From Octopus bimaculoides (taxonomy: Eukaryota), in assembly GCF_001194135.2 (NCBI RefSeq), contig NC_068997.1:38701651-38765650 (forward strand): 64,000 nucleotides of DNA, given 5' to 3'. Of this stretch, positions 1-12,189 are shown one piece after another. The notes below the pieces were generated by a model. The model had not been told where the DNA came from, made no database searches, and saw nothing but the letters and a program-made list of their open reading frames with translations. Positions within the stretch are counted from its first letter, which is position 1. Every line of letters starts with the position of its first letter. The translations under genes were made by a program, and so were the position numbers.

Positions 1-360
1 GGGAAAAAAAATGAAATTCACAAGACTCTTTATTCACTACCATTGTTTCAACCCATCATGCACCCAGTACCTTGCAGGTGGGATGTTGCACAAACAATTG
101 TGGTGCATCATAGGAACAGACTTGTTGAAAGGTAGCTTGTTTTTTATTTGCCATTTCACTTATTTGTACAACGATCCATTTGAGTAGTTGTGGTTTTCTA
201 TGCATCTATACAATGAACTCTAATGCAAAGGAATTCCTGAAGTAAATCAAGTGGGATATATCTCCACACTATTTATGACATTAGGTAGCTGAATACTGTG
301 AATGGTCTTTAATAGCATACTACAAGGTGTATAACTGAATGTAAAATTATTACCTATATA

Positions 361-571
361 AAGGGTGGCCCAAAAGTAGGTTTACAGTTATCACGTAGGC
401 ATTCAAATTTCTTTTAAAACATTTTATTACATTTAAATTTTTATCTTACAATTAACTAAATTAGCATAGAATAATGGTTTCATATTTTTTTATAATTAAA
501 ATCTAAACTCTTAATATATGAATGCGAAAGAGATAGTTGAATAACTGTAAACCTACTTTTGGGCCACTCTG
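361..571. mobile_element. Tc1/mariner-type MITE (211 bp)
   Basis: 31-bp TIRs (361-391, 541-571) with 2 mismatches, core GTGGCCCAAAAGTAGGTTTACAGTTAT; TA at 359-360 and 572-573. Confidence 0.85.
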
Positions 572-619
572 TATGTGTGTCTGTATGTGTGTGTAATAGT
601 TGCAGGCATGGTTATATTA

Positions 620-987
620 GTGCAGGTGTGGCTGTATGGTAACAAGTTTGCTTTTCTACCACATGGTTCTGTGGCATGTTGGGTAAATGTCTTCTGCTAT
701 AGCCCTATGCTGACCAAATCTCGTGAGTGGATTTGGTAGATGGCAACAAAGATCTTCATATGTGTGTGTGTGTGTGTGTGTCTTTGTCTCTGTTTGTTCC
801 CTACCCACTGCTTGATAATTGATGTTGGTGTGTTATGTCCCTGTAACTTAGTGGACCAGCTAAGGAAACTGATAGAATAAGTACCCAGCTTTAAGAAAAA
901 ATAAGTACTAGGGTCGATTCATTAGATTAAAGTTTTTCAAGGCAATGCCCCAGTATGGCTGCAGTCTAATGACTGAAACAAGTAAAA
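620..987 (+). mobile_element. tRNA-head SINE family 1, near full length (box B region deleted)
   Basis: Same head, central CA/TG microsatellite and 3' end (GACTGAAACAAGTAAAA) as the - strand copy at 49341-49740. Confidence 0.75.
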
Positions 988-999
988 TATATATGCATA

Positions 1000-1260
1000 T
1001 GTGTGCATGTATGTGTTCCTGTCATCTTGCCTTGACATCATGTGATAGTTTAAACAAATGTAAGAATCATGCAGGCAGTGTCCTTCACTCATCTTTGGAA
1101 ATATGTTTGGTCATGGGGAAGTATTACCTTGCTTGGAAACTAGTTAGCAGTAACAACAGGAAGGGCATCTAGCTACAGAAAATCTATCTCAACAAAATTC
1201 CATTCAATCCATGCAAGTATAGAAAAGTGGATGTTAAAAACAATAATTATGATATATTTA
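1000..1260 (+). mobile_element. SINE 3' body ending in the RTE-like tail
   Basis: Similar to 57780-57905; ends GGAAGGGCATC...CCATGCAAGTATAGAAAAGTGGATGTTAAA. Confidence 0.6.
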
Positions 1261-1289
1261 ATGTATTGTTTGAAAAAAAGAATAATCAA

Positions 1290-2200
1290 CAGTCTGAGTG
1301 AAAACGACAAGTCACCTGTAATAAGTGTTGTGCTTCAAGGTACAGTTCTAGGACCACTGTTATTTATCGTCACCCTATCTGGAATAAACTCGCATATTCT
1401 CAGCCAATTTAATGAGTTATACCAACAACAAAAGTATCAACGGCTACCCAATCTGCAGAAAATTTTGTCAGGTTCCAGAATGAGCTAAATCTCATCTATT
1501 GATGGGCAAATGCAAATATAAAATTCAGTGCATGAAAATTTCAACTTCTTTATTATGGTATTAACAGCACAATACAAATTATTTGACACCAGATAACACA
1601 ATTCAAAGCTCTGATAAAATACTGGACTTATGAGTAATGTCATATGACACATCTTTCATCAGACACATGACTGACTTGACCTTTAAATGCAGTCATCTCA
1701 TAAGATGGATCCTTAGAACCTTCATAACAAGAGAATCAGTAGTTATTCTGATGCTATGGCTAACTTAGTTTTGAGTAGAGTTCACGCTTTGGTCTCCAAA
1801 CGCATCTGGTCTTATAGATGGGTTACAAAGAATGTTCACTCATAAAATAACTTTGGCTAAAGGACTTAATTACTGGAAACATCTCTGCTCCCTTGAGTTA
1901 CGTAGAAAGAAGTATGTTGTTCATATATGAATGATCCTGAGCAGTCACATTCCAAATTTGGCATTAAAGAAAACTTTTATGCAAGAACTAATAGACACTG
2001 TCAGTTTTTACAAATACCACCTTCAAAATCATGAGCAAGGACACTATACTGCAACAATTTGATATTTAGAGGCTCTCAGGTGTTCAACTTCCTACTTAAA
2101 GAAACCAGAAACATAAAAGGGACTTTGATCGGTTACACTGATGGAAGATTGGCTGCTATTAACTCAATTATAGACCAACTTCTAGTCATAAATCTTCAAA
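1290..2200 (+). mobile_element. CR1/L2-group LINE remnant (RT to C-terminus)
   Basis: QGTVLGPLLF RT motif in ORF 1231-1488, WILRTFITRE at 1706-1735, FRGSQVFNFL near 2065; many stops and frameshifts. Ends approximate. Confidence 0.7.
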
Positions 2201-3289
2201 ACTGAAAAAAAAAAGTAATAAATAAATAAATAAACAAAAGTAAAAATAGGTATTGCTCCAGCATGACTGCAGTCCATTGACTGAAAGCACCAAATAAAAA
2301 TAAAAGAATATGTGTATTATGTGTATATTCATATGTGTATATATGTATGTGCACATATATGTTTATATGTATGTATTTATTTGTGTGTGTGTGTGTGTGT
2401 GTAATGTTCTACACTCATATCTAACTAATATATTTGATCAAGTTTAATTGCAGTTTCAAAGTTTGAACAAAAAGTTTTCTTTAATGTTTAAACATGTAAA
2501 TTTCTTTGAAATAACATTTTTCCATAGTTTCTTTCAAGTTGTTTGGCTTGTTTGAAATAAAAACATTTGGTGCTTTATGTTCTAATAAATTTAATGTATA
2601 ATGAAATGTGACATCTGGTTTGTCTCAAAGTGATAAAATTATGGTTTCCTAGTAACTTTAATTCCTGAATTAGGCATATATTTTACTGCTTTATGTTCTT
2701 CGACTTTAATTGACATCTTCCTTTGCTGATATTCTGTATATGATGATGACTATGACATGGCTTGTTCCTTCAAGAAATTTCACTTTTGATTTAATTAATT
2801 AATTCCTATTTGTTTTCTTATTTCTCACTACAATGAAACAAATAATATTGATGTTTATAGTAGCTTTGCTTTTGCTGAATTAATTTTATGAAAATTTTCT
2901 GATAATTTTCATTTAATTTTCCTTTTAAAGAAGTATTTCATTTTTAGATAATTACTAATTGCCTTCAAGTATGAAAAATTCTTCCAACTTTATTATTCTG
3001 AAACATTATTTAGATTTCTCTTATAAACTGACTATTTGAAGTATATATGCTTTCTTAATAATTCATGCTTAAGCTATAGTAAGCAATTTGGTTACTTTCT
3101 GTGAGGGCTAAATTATATTATTCTCTGTTATGCTCTGTAGAGTATAACTGAGTAAAACAATGAAATATTTTTTAGATTAATTATGTTTATTTTATGCTCC
3201 ATTTGTTTGTTTGTCTCTTTTCCTTCCTTCTTCCTCCTCCTCCCCCTCCTCTGTGCATTTAATACAGAGAACACTATGTTCAGCCACTA

Positions 3290-4570
3290 AATCTGGGTAG
3301 GGAACCAGCTTTGTTCCTATGGTACATCTCCAGATTCTGTTTTAGTGATTACCCAACATAACACTCACCTTTAGCAAAAGACTGCTTTGGAAATGTGATT
3401 ATTTTGCATTAAACTGTTTTTCCATGTAGGAAAAGAGTTCTGTATTGGGCATCATGTCCTACCATGATCTTACATATTTTGAGGAAACTATCTAATTGTT
3501 TTAGCTGCCTACAGGGTCCACGATTCTGCAACATACAATAGTGTAGTTACTTTGAATCTTTGTATACAGTGAAATGTCTGAATCATCTTAAGCTGATTTG
3601 TCAGCCTGCCAAAATGAACACTTACTTTGCCAAGTCTAGAGGAATTATTGAGATCCATAGTTGGTGTACTGGACACTGTGCCATCCGTATCGGTAAAATC
3701 CTCCACCACTTCTGGTATATTTCCATTGATTTTGATTTCCAGATTACTCGGGAAGCATTTAAGTTTAGGTCTGGTTTCGTACCCGAGTCCAGTCTTTATG
3801 ATGACTATGAGATCCAAGTTCTTTGCATTAACAGAGAAGCAGTTTGAGATTCTTTGAATATCTTCAAGAGTATGGGTAACAAAAGCACTGTCATTAGCAA
3901 AGAGCTGCTCACACAAACATTTCCGAAATCTTTGTTTTAGCATGAAGTCATTCAAGGTTGAAAATGTTAAAAATGTTACTTGCAACAGATTAGTGTTTTT
4001 CAGAAAGTTGTATCAAGCATACTTGAGAAGCACATACTGAATAACTTTGGAGCAAGGACATAGCCTTGCTTGACACCATTTGTCACAGTGAAAGATTCAG
4101 CTATGGTTCTATTTTCAACTTGCATCCCATTGTGAAAGGATCTGGTGATCTCAACAAAACAAGACATCTGATGTTAAAGAAACCTTTTCACATGATGTAT
4201 GTTGTCAAGTGCCTCAATAAAATCATTGAAAATAAAGAAGAGATCAAGACCTTGCTTTTTGATCCTTGGTTCTTTTGAAGTTTGTGAAGACTGAAAATCA
4301 AATCAGTTGTTCTTTTGTTTGGTTGAGGATTCATTGAAAAAGTCATTCATTGAGTCACTTCAGGTGTATCTTGGTAATAATGTTCCCAGCAATTTCTCCT
4401 GTAGAAGTGAACTATATTTGCATCTTTGAAATCTTGTGGAACTGATTTATAATTGAGGATTTATTCTTATCATTGGAGATTTTTGAACATGGGATCTTTG
4501 AGTTTTTGTACATTGGAGCATAGGCTTTGGTTTGAACTTGATTGGGTGTTGCATTTTACTAAATGCTATT
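3290..4570 (-). mobile_element. RTE-clade LINE remnant (RT domain)
   Basis: Minus strand GVKQGYVLAPKLF (~4040-4078), LFANDSAF (degenerate YADD), FGRL..TLLYVAESWTL in ORF 3509-3985. Ends approximate. Confidence 0.8.
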
Positions 4571-5071
4571 GAATCTCAAAAAAGATGTCTTCTACTCTGC
4601 TACATGTAAATTTTTCTACAGAAAAAAGACATAATTAGAACTGCTGATGACTTCGACAAATTATTATCTGCAGAAAATCCCAGTAAAGACATTGCATTAC
4701 AGAATCTTGTAAAAAAAAAAAAATCACGATGCATGAACCATATGGTAACACTCATACTGCTTTTTCTTGTATGGAAAATGGAATATGCTCAACAACTTTG
4801 CAAAAGAGCTTCTGAGATATTGCATAATAAAATTAGAGTACAAGTTAGATGACATTCTCTAGACAGTAGCAATGTAGTGTGGAACTATGCCTTTCCACTG
4901 AAGAAATTCTGTGTACATATATCTGGAAGTATGTTTATATGTCAAAAGTATCAAATGTATTTTTAAGTATGTCTACAAAAGTTATGACTGCATTGCAGTG
5001 TTGCTTACTAACAAACAACAAAATCAGTTGCCTTAAAATGATGAAATTAAGTCTTACCTGTCCTGGATGTA

Positions 5072-6312
5072 CAGGGGTTGGACAAAATAATGGAAACACC
5101 TTAAAATTTCAAATAAATTAATTTTAATATGGGGTAGGACTGCCAAAGGCAGTAATTACAGCTTGAATTCTACGAGGTATGGACTCCAGTTCTTGTGGTG
5201 ATTGATAATGGTGGAGGATATCAACTCCTTATTTGTTTTTCTAAAATGTACCATAAATGTTCAATAATATTGAGATCTGGGGACTGTGGTGGCCAAATAA
5301 GATGTTCAACTTCACTAAAATGTTCCTCCTCGTGCCATTCAGTAACAACTTTAGCTGTGTGAATTGGTGCATTATCATCCTGAAAGATTGCGTTTCCCTC
5401 CAAACAGTTCCGCAACCATAGGATGAATTTGATCAGATAAAATGCTTGAATAGTCTTGACTATTAATTTTGCCATGAAGGGAAACCATTGGGCCAGTGGA
5501 TTTCGAAGATATAGCCCCCCAGATCATCACAGATCCTCCTGCATGTTTAACAGTTGGAAGAAGGCAGTCTGGATCAAATGCTTCTTTTGGCTGTCTCCAC
5601 ACGTATACTTGGCAGGCGGTCAGAAATAAGGTAAAGGATGATTCATCCGAGAAAATGATATTCTTCCACTGCTCTAGGGACCAATTCTGTAGGTTTTTTC
5701 TTCACTTTAAAACGCTTTGCAATGTTTGTTTTTGAAAGTAGTGGTTTTCTGATTGCAGCCCTCCTGTGAAATCTGGCTTTGTGCAGATCCCGGAAAACAG
5801 TTTTTGTGGAAACTGGCTTCCCGAAGTGGTCATTAAGCTCTGTAGTAATTTTGGGAGCTGTACTTTTGTGATCCTTTCTAACAATTTGTGTAAGAGCCTG
5901 ACGGTCCTTATCTGAAAGTTTTGGTTTTCTTCTGGAGTATAATTTTGACGAGGGGGTTTTTCCCGCTTTCTCAAAGGCTGTCATTACTTTCGAGACAGTA
6001 CTTTTTCATACACCAAACATTTCGGCTGTTTTCATTACACTAGCGCCTGCCATATGAGCGCTAACAATTTGACCTCTTAGAAAGTCTGATAGATCTGTCA
6101 TTTTAATGAATTTTAATTACCTTTTTCTGATGATATCTGAAAAGAAACCGCAATTTTAGCAAAACATATTAACCAACACTAATAATAAATAAAAAAACAA
6201 AAATAAACAAGCTTTTGACAGTTTTATAGATATTTCAAAATTATGATGCTATGATGCTAGGTGTTTCCATTATTTTGTCCAAAGGTGTTTCTATTATTTT
6301 GTCCAACCCCTG
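5072..6312 (-). mobile_element. Tc1-family DNA transposon with both TIRs
   Basis: 30-bp TIR CAGGGGTTGGACAAAATAATGGAAACACCT at both ends; TA TSD at 5070-71 and 6313-14. Confidence 0.95.
5124..6101 (-). pseudogene. Tc1 DD34E transposase pseudogene
   Basis: MTDLSDFLRGQIV start, paired HTH/RRKPKL, IIFSDES, VKHAGGSVMIWG, FQDDNAPIH, WPPQSPDLNIIEHLW, IPRRIQAVI..TPY stop; disrupted by stops, frameshifts and a C-terminal deletion. Confidence 0.92.
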
Positions 6313-6789
6313 TATGTCTCATCCCCCTGAAGTCCTTTGGGAGTTATTCTGTATAAATTTACAATAATGATAATCTATGGTTTAATGTTTTAAATGATAC
6401 AATGATGTAATAATTATACTGGTACAATAGTGTTGTTTCTTTTCTTGATTTATTCATTTTCTTAATCATATTCTTTATATAAAGTTAGATGTATATAAAA
6501 TATGTATTTAAAAAAATAATCTTTATACTCATCTTTCTACCTACAGGTAATAAATTACTTGAACAAAATTGTGTTAATATATAAATAAATGTGATTGTTT
6601 TAGTTGTTAACAGCTGTAGGATTTCCATGGACCTATATTCAGCATATTGAGATTTGTGAAAGTGCTTTGAACATAGTCATACCATAGCAGAATACTATTA
6701 TAGATAATGTCTTTGATTTTATTCCAGAGTTAAGATTGTTTAAAATGTTTGCTACATACATTATTCCTTTAACACATTTTCAATAATTT

Positions 6790-6910
6790 TGAAATCAATG
6801 GAAAAGCAAAGCAAAGTGGATCAGTATTTTCTCATGGACAATTGTATGTAGCTCTTCGTAGAATGTGTTCACTTCTTGATGAAAAGATAAAAATAATGGA
6901 TAATAACTCT
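6790..6910 (+). mobile_element. Helitron PIF1-like helicase fragment (motif VI)
   Basis: SVFSHGQLYVALRR at 6821-6862 resembles the PVFSHGQLYVALSR motif; the upstream AMTINKSQG motif is not recognisable. Confidence 0.55.
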
Positions 6911-7940
6911 CAAGTGTTTAATCATGAATATAGTTTTCTCCTACAACTACACTATCAATACTACCTATGTGAACTTTACACCATCTCAAGAATCAAGTGC
7001 ATTTGAAAAGCTATAATTTCAGAAGAAATTATATATTTCATGGTTCCCTATAATCTTCCATCTATCTTAATATTCTAGAAAAATAACTGAAATTTTCACA
7101 GATGCTGCTAGTGTATATAATTGTTGTAGCTTCTGTTAATTTTGGAATACGGTATACATTAATTATGTTTTTTCTTTAAACTTTCTCAATAAAGCTAGAT
7201 AACACAAAGGAATAGATTTGTCATCCTGACTATGTAAATTATATTTGCTGTGGACTTGGATGACAATTCTTTACTGAAATGACTTCTCTTTGGATCTCAG
7301 TTCATATTTTAAAAAGCTCAAATAAAAAAAAAGATATTAACACTTGATTATAATGTTATTTTGCCATATCTGTTAACAAGTGTGAAGGCCAGTCTAACAA
7401 ATATTGAATGCCATTTCATCACAGTCTTAGTGATAACTCACTCTGTTTGCAATCAAATTTCAGTCACTTTGTTGTGAAATTGATAAATCATCTCCAGTTG
7501 TAATTATTAAATCATTTCCAGTTGTAATTATTAAATTCAGTAAAATTTTCTTTTACTGAAGGAATGACATGGATTATGTGGAAATTTGCCCCAAAAAAAC
7601 AAAACAAAAAACAAAGGCATGTTATCTTCAGATGACGACATCTTTGTCTTCAACTATATAATACAGCAATCATGATTGGCCAATTGCATTATCAGAGTCA
7701 TCATACTCATGTGATGCTGCTACCGATAGGCTAAACATATAACTTCTCTGAAAATGTGGAAAGCAAGAAATAGTAGAAAATTTTTGTTTTTTACAGGTTA
7801 CTATGCAACTTTTATTGGCAGGGATTAACAGTTTTGAGACATATATGATATTTCATGAATCATCAAATGTGAATTAAGTTATGTATGAAACAACTGTTTA
7901 ATGGCCTCAGCGATATGGGGTTAATATTAAATTAGTCTTA

Positions 7941-8024
7941 AGGCAACAAGCTGACAGAATTGTTACCATGCCAGGCAAAATGCTGCTAAGCATTTTGTCT
8001 GTCTTTATGTTTGAGTTCAAATTC
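7941..8024 (+). mobile_element. SINE family 2, 5' fragment
   Basis: AAGCTGACAGAATTGTTACCATGCCAGGCAAAATGC...GAGTTCAAATTCC, as at 15661. Confidence 0.65.
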
Positions 8025-8429
8025 CTCATAGAAACATGGTTCTTGACAGAATTACTCTATGTATGCACAATAATGAAAGTAAGGAGGCATGATACTTTAG
8101 CATAATGGCTGTAGGAAATTATTAATTTGACAGATGTAAATTTCACTATGATATAACGAGTTGTTGTTTCATACATGTTCTCTAATTATTAGGAAGTTGA
8201 GCAAAGACAAATAATTGTTCTGCCATCATTAGATGACACTGTTTCTGATCTTCCCCTTAATCACATAACTCAAAATAGTAGCCTAGTCCATCTAGCTGCC
8301 AATGCCTATCATGAAGAGATGAGTTGGACTTCAGCAATGTTAAAAAAAATAAAATAAAAAAAAACACCAGAAATAAGTAAGCTTCTATAAATTTGTAAAT
8401 TATCGATAAGCTGTGTTATTCCAGTTTAA

Positions 8430-8650
8430 CCCGTTAGCATTCAGATTATTCTGTCTAATGCATTATTTATTTATTACCATTGTTTTGAATTAATTGTGTA
8501 TTGTCTGATAGCTTTGAGATTTTTATGAGGTAGCTATTAAATTTTGGAATGATATTGTAGGATAGGTGTGAGGGGCCACATCTGGCAAATTTGAACATAA
8601 AACAGGTAGAATATTTTGGCCGGATATGGCTGGTTTAAATGCTTAAAGGG
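8430..8650. mobile_element. piggyBac-type MITE family A
   Basis: TTAA on both flanks; TIR CCC(T/G)TTAGCATT...AAAGGG; body similar to the other three copies. Confidence 0.85.
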
Positions 8651-8751
8651 TTAAATGGAATCAAGTACTTTGTTTCAATTTTAATTTTCTTTATGTGATT
8701 CTAGTTGATTTCATTGTGTAATATTTTGCCTAAAATATTTCTTTTATATAG

Positions 8752-8892
8752 CCAATGGAAACAAACAATAATTTAGCACAATTCCGCCCTCGTACAGGGA
8801 AAACGGCTAATGCACCACTTCTGCTGGAAATTGAAGTTTATCTCCATTTACTGGTGGTTATACATCTCATTGATGTGAAGAAATATGATGAG
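8752..8892 (+). CDS. PSMD3: PSMD3/Rpn3 internal coding exon (first one in window)
   Basis: AG at 8750-51, GTAAGG at 8893. 141 nt, phase 0/0, [47 protein letters not shown]; matches the recalled PSMD3 segment [23 protein letters not shown]. Confidence 0.95.
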
Positions 8893-9357
8893 GTAAGGTT
8901 TGTGTATGTGTGTGTTAAAGATCCTTTCTTTGCTAGGCAAATAAACAAGAGCTAGTTTTGCATTGAAATATTTTAGTTGGAGAAGATAATTTAAAATTTG
9001 TGTTAGAGAAGTTGCTTTATCTTTAAAAGTAATTCAAAGCAGAAAATTTTTCATTTTAATAGATGCAATTTTTAAACTACTAAATTTAACAAAAAACTTA
9101 ATTGATCATTGCAATAGAACAACTAAGAGATAAAGTGAATGATTATCTTCCAGTTTTATTAGATTGTGAAATTCTTTTCTACATGAGGTTAAAGAATGTC
9201 ATTCAGTTTGAAAAACTTTGGTTGGTAAATATGTACAAGGTTGCAAATTTAGGATTTTTTTTTATTAGTTAAAATGTATGTAAGTTTCTTGAAATAAAGA
9301 GAAATATTTGGTTCTCAAACATCTGAATTTCACTCTAAGTTTTGTTTTCTTTCCTAG

Positions 9358-9494
9358 GGTGTAAAATGTGTTGATTTATTAATGACCAAGATCACCTCTC
9401 AAAATCGCCGCTCTCTCGATATGTTAGCAGCAAAATGTTATTTCTATTACTCTAGAGTCTATGAGTTAACAGACCAACTAGACAAAATTCGCAC
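9358..9494 (+). CDS. PSMD3: PSMD3 coding exon
   Basis: TTTCCTAG acceptor, GTAAGT donor. 137 nt, GVKCVDLLMTKITSQNRRSLDMLAAKCYFYYSRVYELTDQLDKIR plus 2 nt; matches QNRRALDLVAAKCYYY. Confidence 0.96.
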
Positions 9495-9559
9495 GTAAGT
9501 ACATTTTCTCGACTATATCTCATGTTGAAACATATTTCTTGTATTATGAAATCTAATTC

Positions 9560-9760
9560 TCATATTTGCTCTCCATGTTGCCATGGGCTGGGTGATTCAA
9601 TGGAATCTGATCAGCCAGAGGACTGCATGATGCTCAAATATTTGTTGTGAGATGTTTCTATTACTAGATGCCTTTTCTAATGCTAGTCTCTTTACAGAGT
9701 GTACTGGGTGCTTTTTTTTTTGTGGCACCAGCTCTAGTGAAGTTGTCTAGCAACTAACAG
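9560..9760 (-). mobile_element. RTE-tail non-autonomous element, old copy
   Basis: CTAGATGCCTTTTCTAATGC...GTGTACTGGGTGCTTTTT..GTGGCACC motifs shared with the family. Confidence 0.55.
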
Positions 9761-10374
9761 AGTAATCACTATTGGAGGAATCAGTGTTGAAGGAACAAGG
9801 GGAAGGGAAGAGATTAGTGTCACTGATTAGTGAGAAAGGGATGGACAGAGTAGTAAGGGTGTAGAGATGGGTTGTTTACAGGGACTGTCTCACATTGATA
9901 TAGTATGGGTGAAAGGTGAAGGCAGGAACATGAAAGGTGTGGAGTTCATGGGAGGGGTAACTAGTGGGATGAGAGGTGGTGGAAAAGTTGTTATGGGAAG
10001 GATAGCAGGAGGAAAAGAAGAAGAGAGAGTGACAGTTAAGTGAGCAAGCCTTGCAAATGGTGAGATGAAAGATGATTGATAGGGTGATGATTTAGAGGGG
10101 CAGAGAGATAGGTGGAAGGAGGTGGGAACTTGGTTGTATGGAGATGGACCAATAGTCTCTTATACATAGGTCTAGAGAAGGATGAAGGAAGGTAGAGTAG
10201 TGGGGCGAGGGCAGCATGTGAGGTAATCAGTCACTCTTTGTGAGCTTTTTAAGTGGTGGATGGGCATGAGTGGTAGTGGAACAAGGAAATGAGTGAAAGT
10301 GGGAGAAGGATCAACCAGTAGATAAATGAGGTGGTCAGGGGTACAAAGGGTGGCAGTAAATGTACAAATATCAT

Positions 10375-10640
10375 TGTCTTCATCATTTATGTCTGTTTTC
10401 CATTCTAGCATACGTTGGTTGGTTTGATAAGAGCTGGTAAGGCTGGGGACCATACCAGGTCCCATTGTCTGTTCTGACATGATTTCTATGGCTGGATGCC
10501 TTTCCTAACACCAACCACTTTACAGAGTGTACTGGGTGCTTTTTATGTGGCACCAGCACTGGTATCACTTCTGCTGTGGTGATCAGATCTTCTTGAGTTC
10601 AGCAAGGTGCCAGATAACTTGGTCCTTTGTCATCTCTTTT
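10375..10640 (-). mobile_element. RTE-tail non-autonomous element
   Basis: CATCAT tail, GCTGGATGCCTTTCCTAACACCAACCAC, GTGCTTTTTATGTGGCACC. Confidence 0.7.
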
Positions 10641-10729
10641 GCAAGGCTCAGTGTCTTGAGATTGACATTTATACATGCACATGCTTACATATACCCAAAT
10701 ACAGTCACACACACACACACACACACGCA

Positions 10730-11931
10730 TGGCCAAAAAGTCTTTTATCAACACTAAACTTCAAGCACTCTAATAAGTAGCTTACTTCAGTCTGTCCCTT
10801 GTGCTTGTGCACTCATCAGATACTTGATATCACAACATAATTTGGCGTGAACTTGTCAGGAGACAAGTTGTATTTTGTGCACTTGGAATCACTCTGAAAA
10901 TGGAGAGCCAGAATGAATTTTATCAGCACCTCATGCTTTTTTATTTAAAAAAATGCAAAAAAGTGGCAGAAACCTGCAGGTCAATATATGCTCTGTTTGG
11001 AGAGAATGCTGTGATGGAATGTGTGTGTGTGCCAGAAGTGGTTTTCAAGATTTTGATCAGGAAATTTTTTAGTTCAAGATGCACTTCACTTTGGCCAGCC
11101 AACTGAGATTAACAGCAGCACCAACCCCCATTATAAAGTGAAGATGATTACAGATATTCCCTAAATATCTAAAATGAGTGTTGAAAACTGTCTGTTTCAA
11201 CTTGGTTATATTAGTAGGCTTGATGTTTGGGTCCCACATCAACTGAATGAAGCTAACTTCACCAGTCAGATTTCAATCTGTGACTTGTTGCAGAAACATG
11301 AAGAAAATGATCTTGTTTTGTAGGGAATAGTGGCAGAGGATGTAAAATGTCTGTAAGCAATATGAAGCACATGATCATGGGAAAAGTGTGGCAAATAACC
11401 ACAAACAACCTTCAAAGTAGAGCTTCACTTGAAGAAGGTTATGCTTTCAATTGGTAAGATTGGAAAGTTGTTATCTTTTATGAGCTTCTTCCCATTGACA
11501 GGACCATCAATTCAGATACATGCTGTTACCAGCTGGATAAATTAAATGCAGTAATCCACCAGAAGTGTCCAACATTTGCTAATCATAAGGGTATTTCCTT
11601 TCATCATGACACTGTCAGATTGCAAAATTCTTTGTTGATGTGGAAGAAGTTACTGGGGTTTGGTTGGGAAATTTTGCTACACCCTCCATACTCATCTGAT
11701 CTTGTGCCTTCAGATTTCCACATGTTTTTGTTTTTTCAAAATTCATTGAATAGTTTTGAAGAGGATATAAAAATTCACTTGGAAGAGTTTTTACCATTAA
11801 ATACAAGACATTTTTTTGAGCAGTGAATAATGGACTTATTTGCCCACTAGATGGCAGAAGATACTGGCATGAAGTGATAATTACATCATTGATTGAATAA
11901 ATCACTAAAACAAACTTTTTGGCCAACCCAA
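10730..11931 (+). mobile_element. mariner (DD34D) element, decayed
   Basis: MESQNEFYQHLMLFYLKK..AETCRSIYALFGENAV N-terminus (10900) and HPPYSSDLVPSDFHMF. Right TIR ACTTTTTGGCCAACCCAA plus TA; left TIR remnant TGGCCAAAAAGT abuts a CA microsatellite. Confidence 0.88.
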
Positions 11932-12189
11932 TATACATGATATATTTGGAGAACAGCTTTTGTTTTATGCATGTTACATTAAATATGCAGCTATGTTCAA
12001 GTTTTATCTCTGTTTTAGATTTTTCATATTATTAGTTTCTATAATTGGTTTGGAACAATACTGCTCCTAAATCCATATTTGATGTTGTTTCCAGACCTTC
12101 ACTGTCTCATTTTCAAGCTTTGTAAATATTTGGCATCTGTGTTGTCTCTTTATATATTGGTTGAACTTGTTTAGACTTTTCTGCCAAAG

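Noticed and set aside
7485-7536. 24-bp tandem duplication (and similar 17-18 bp ones near 15945 and 18700)
   Set aside because: Ordinary slippage duplications.
10791-10825. Minus-strand CTGATGA followed by a perfect stem GTGC-ACAA-GCAC
   Set aside because: The next bases are AAGGG, not GAAA; no convincing stem I or III; lies in a mariner leader. Likely chance.
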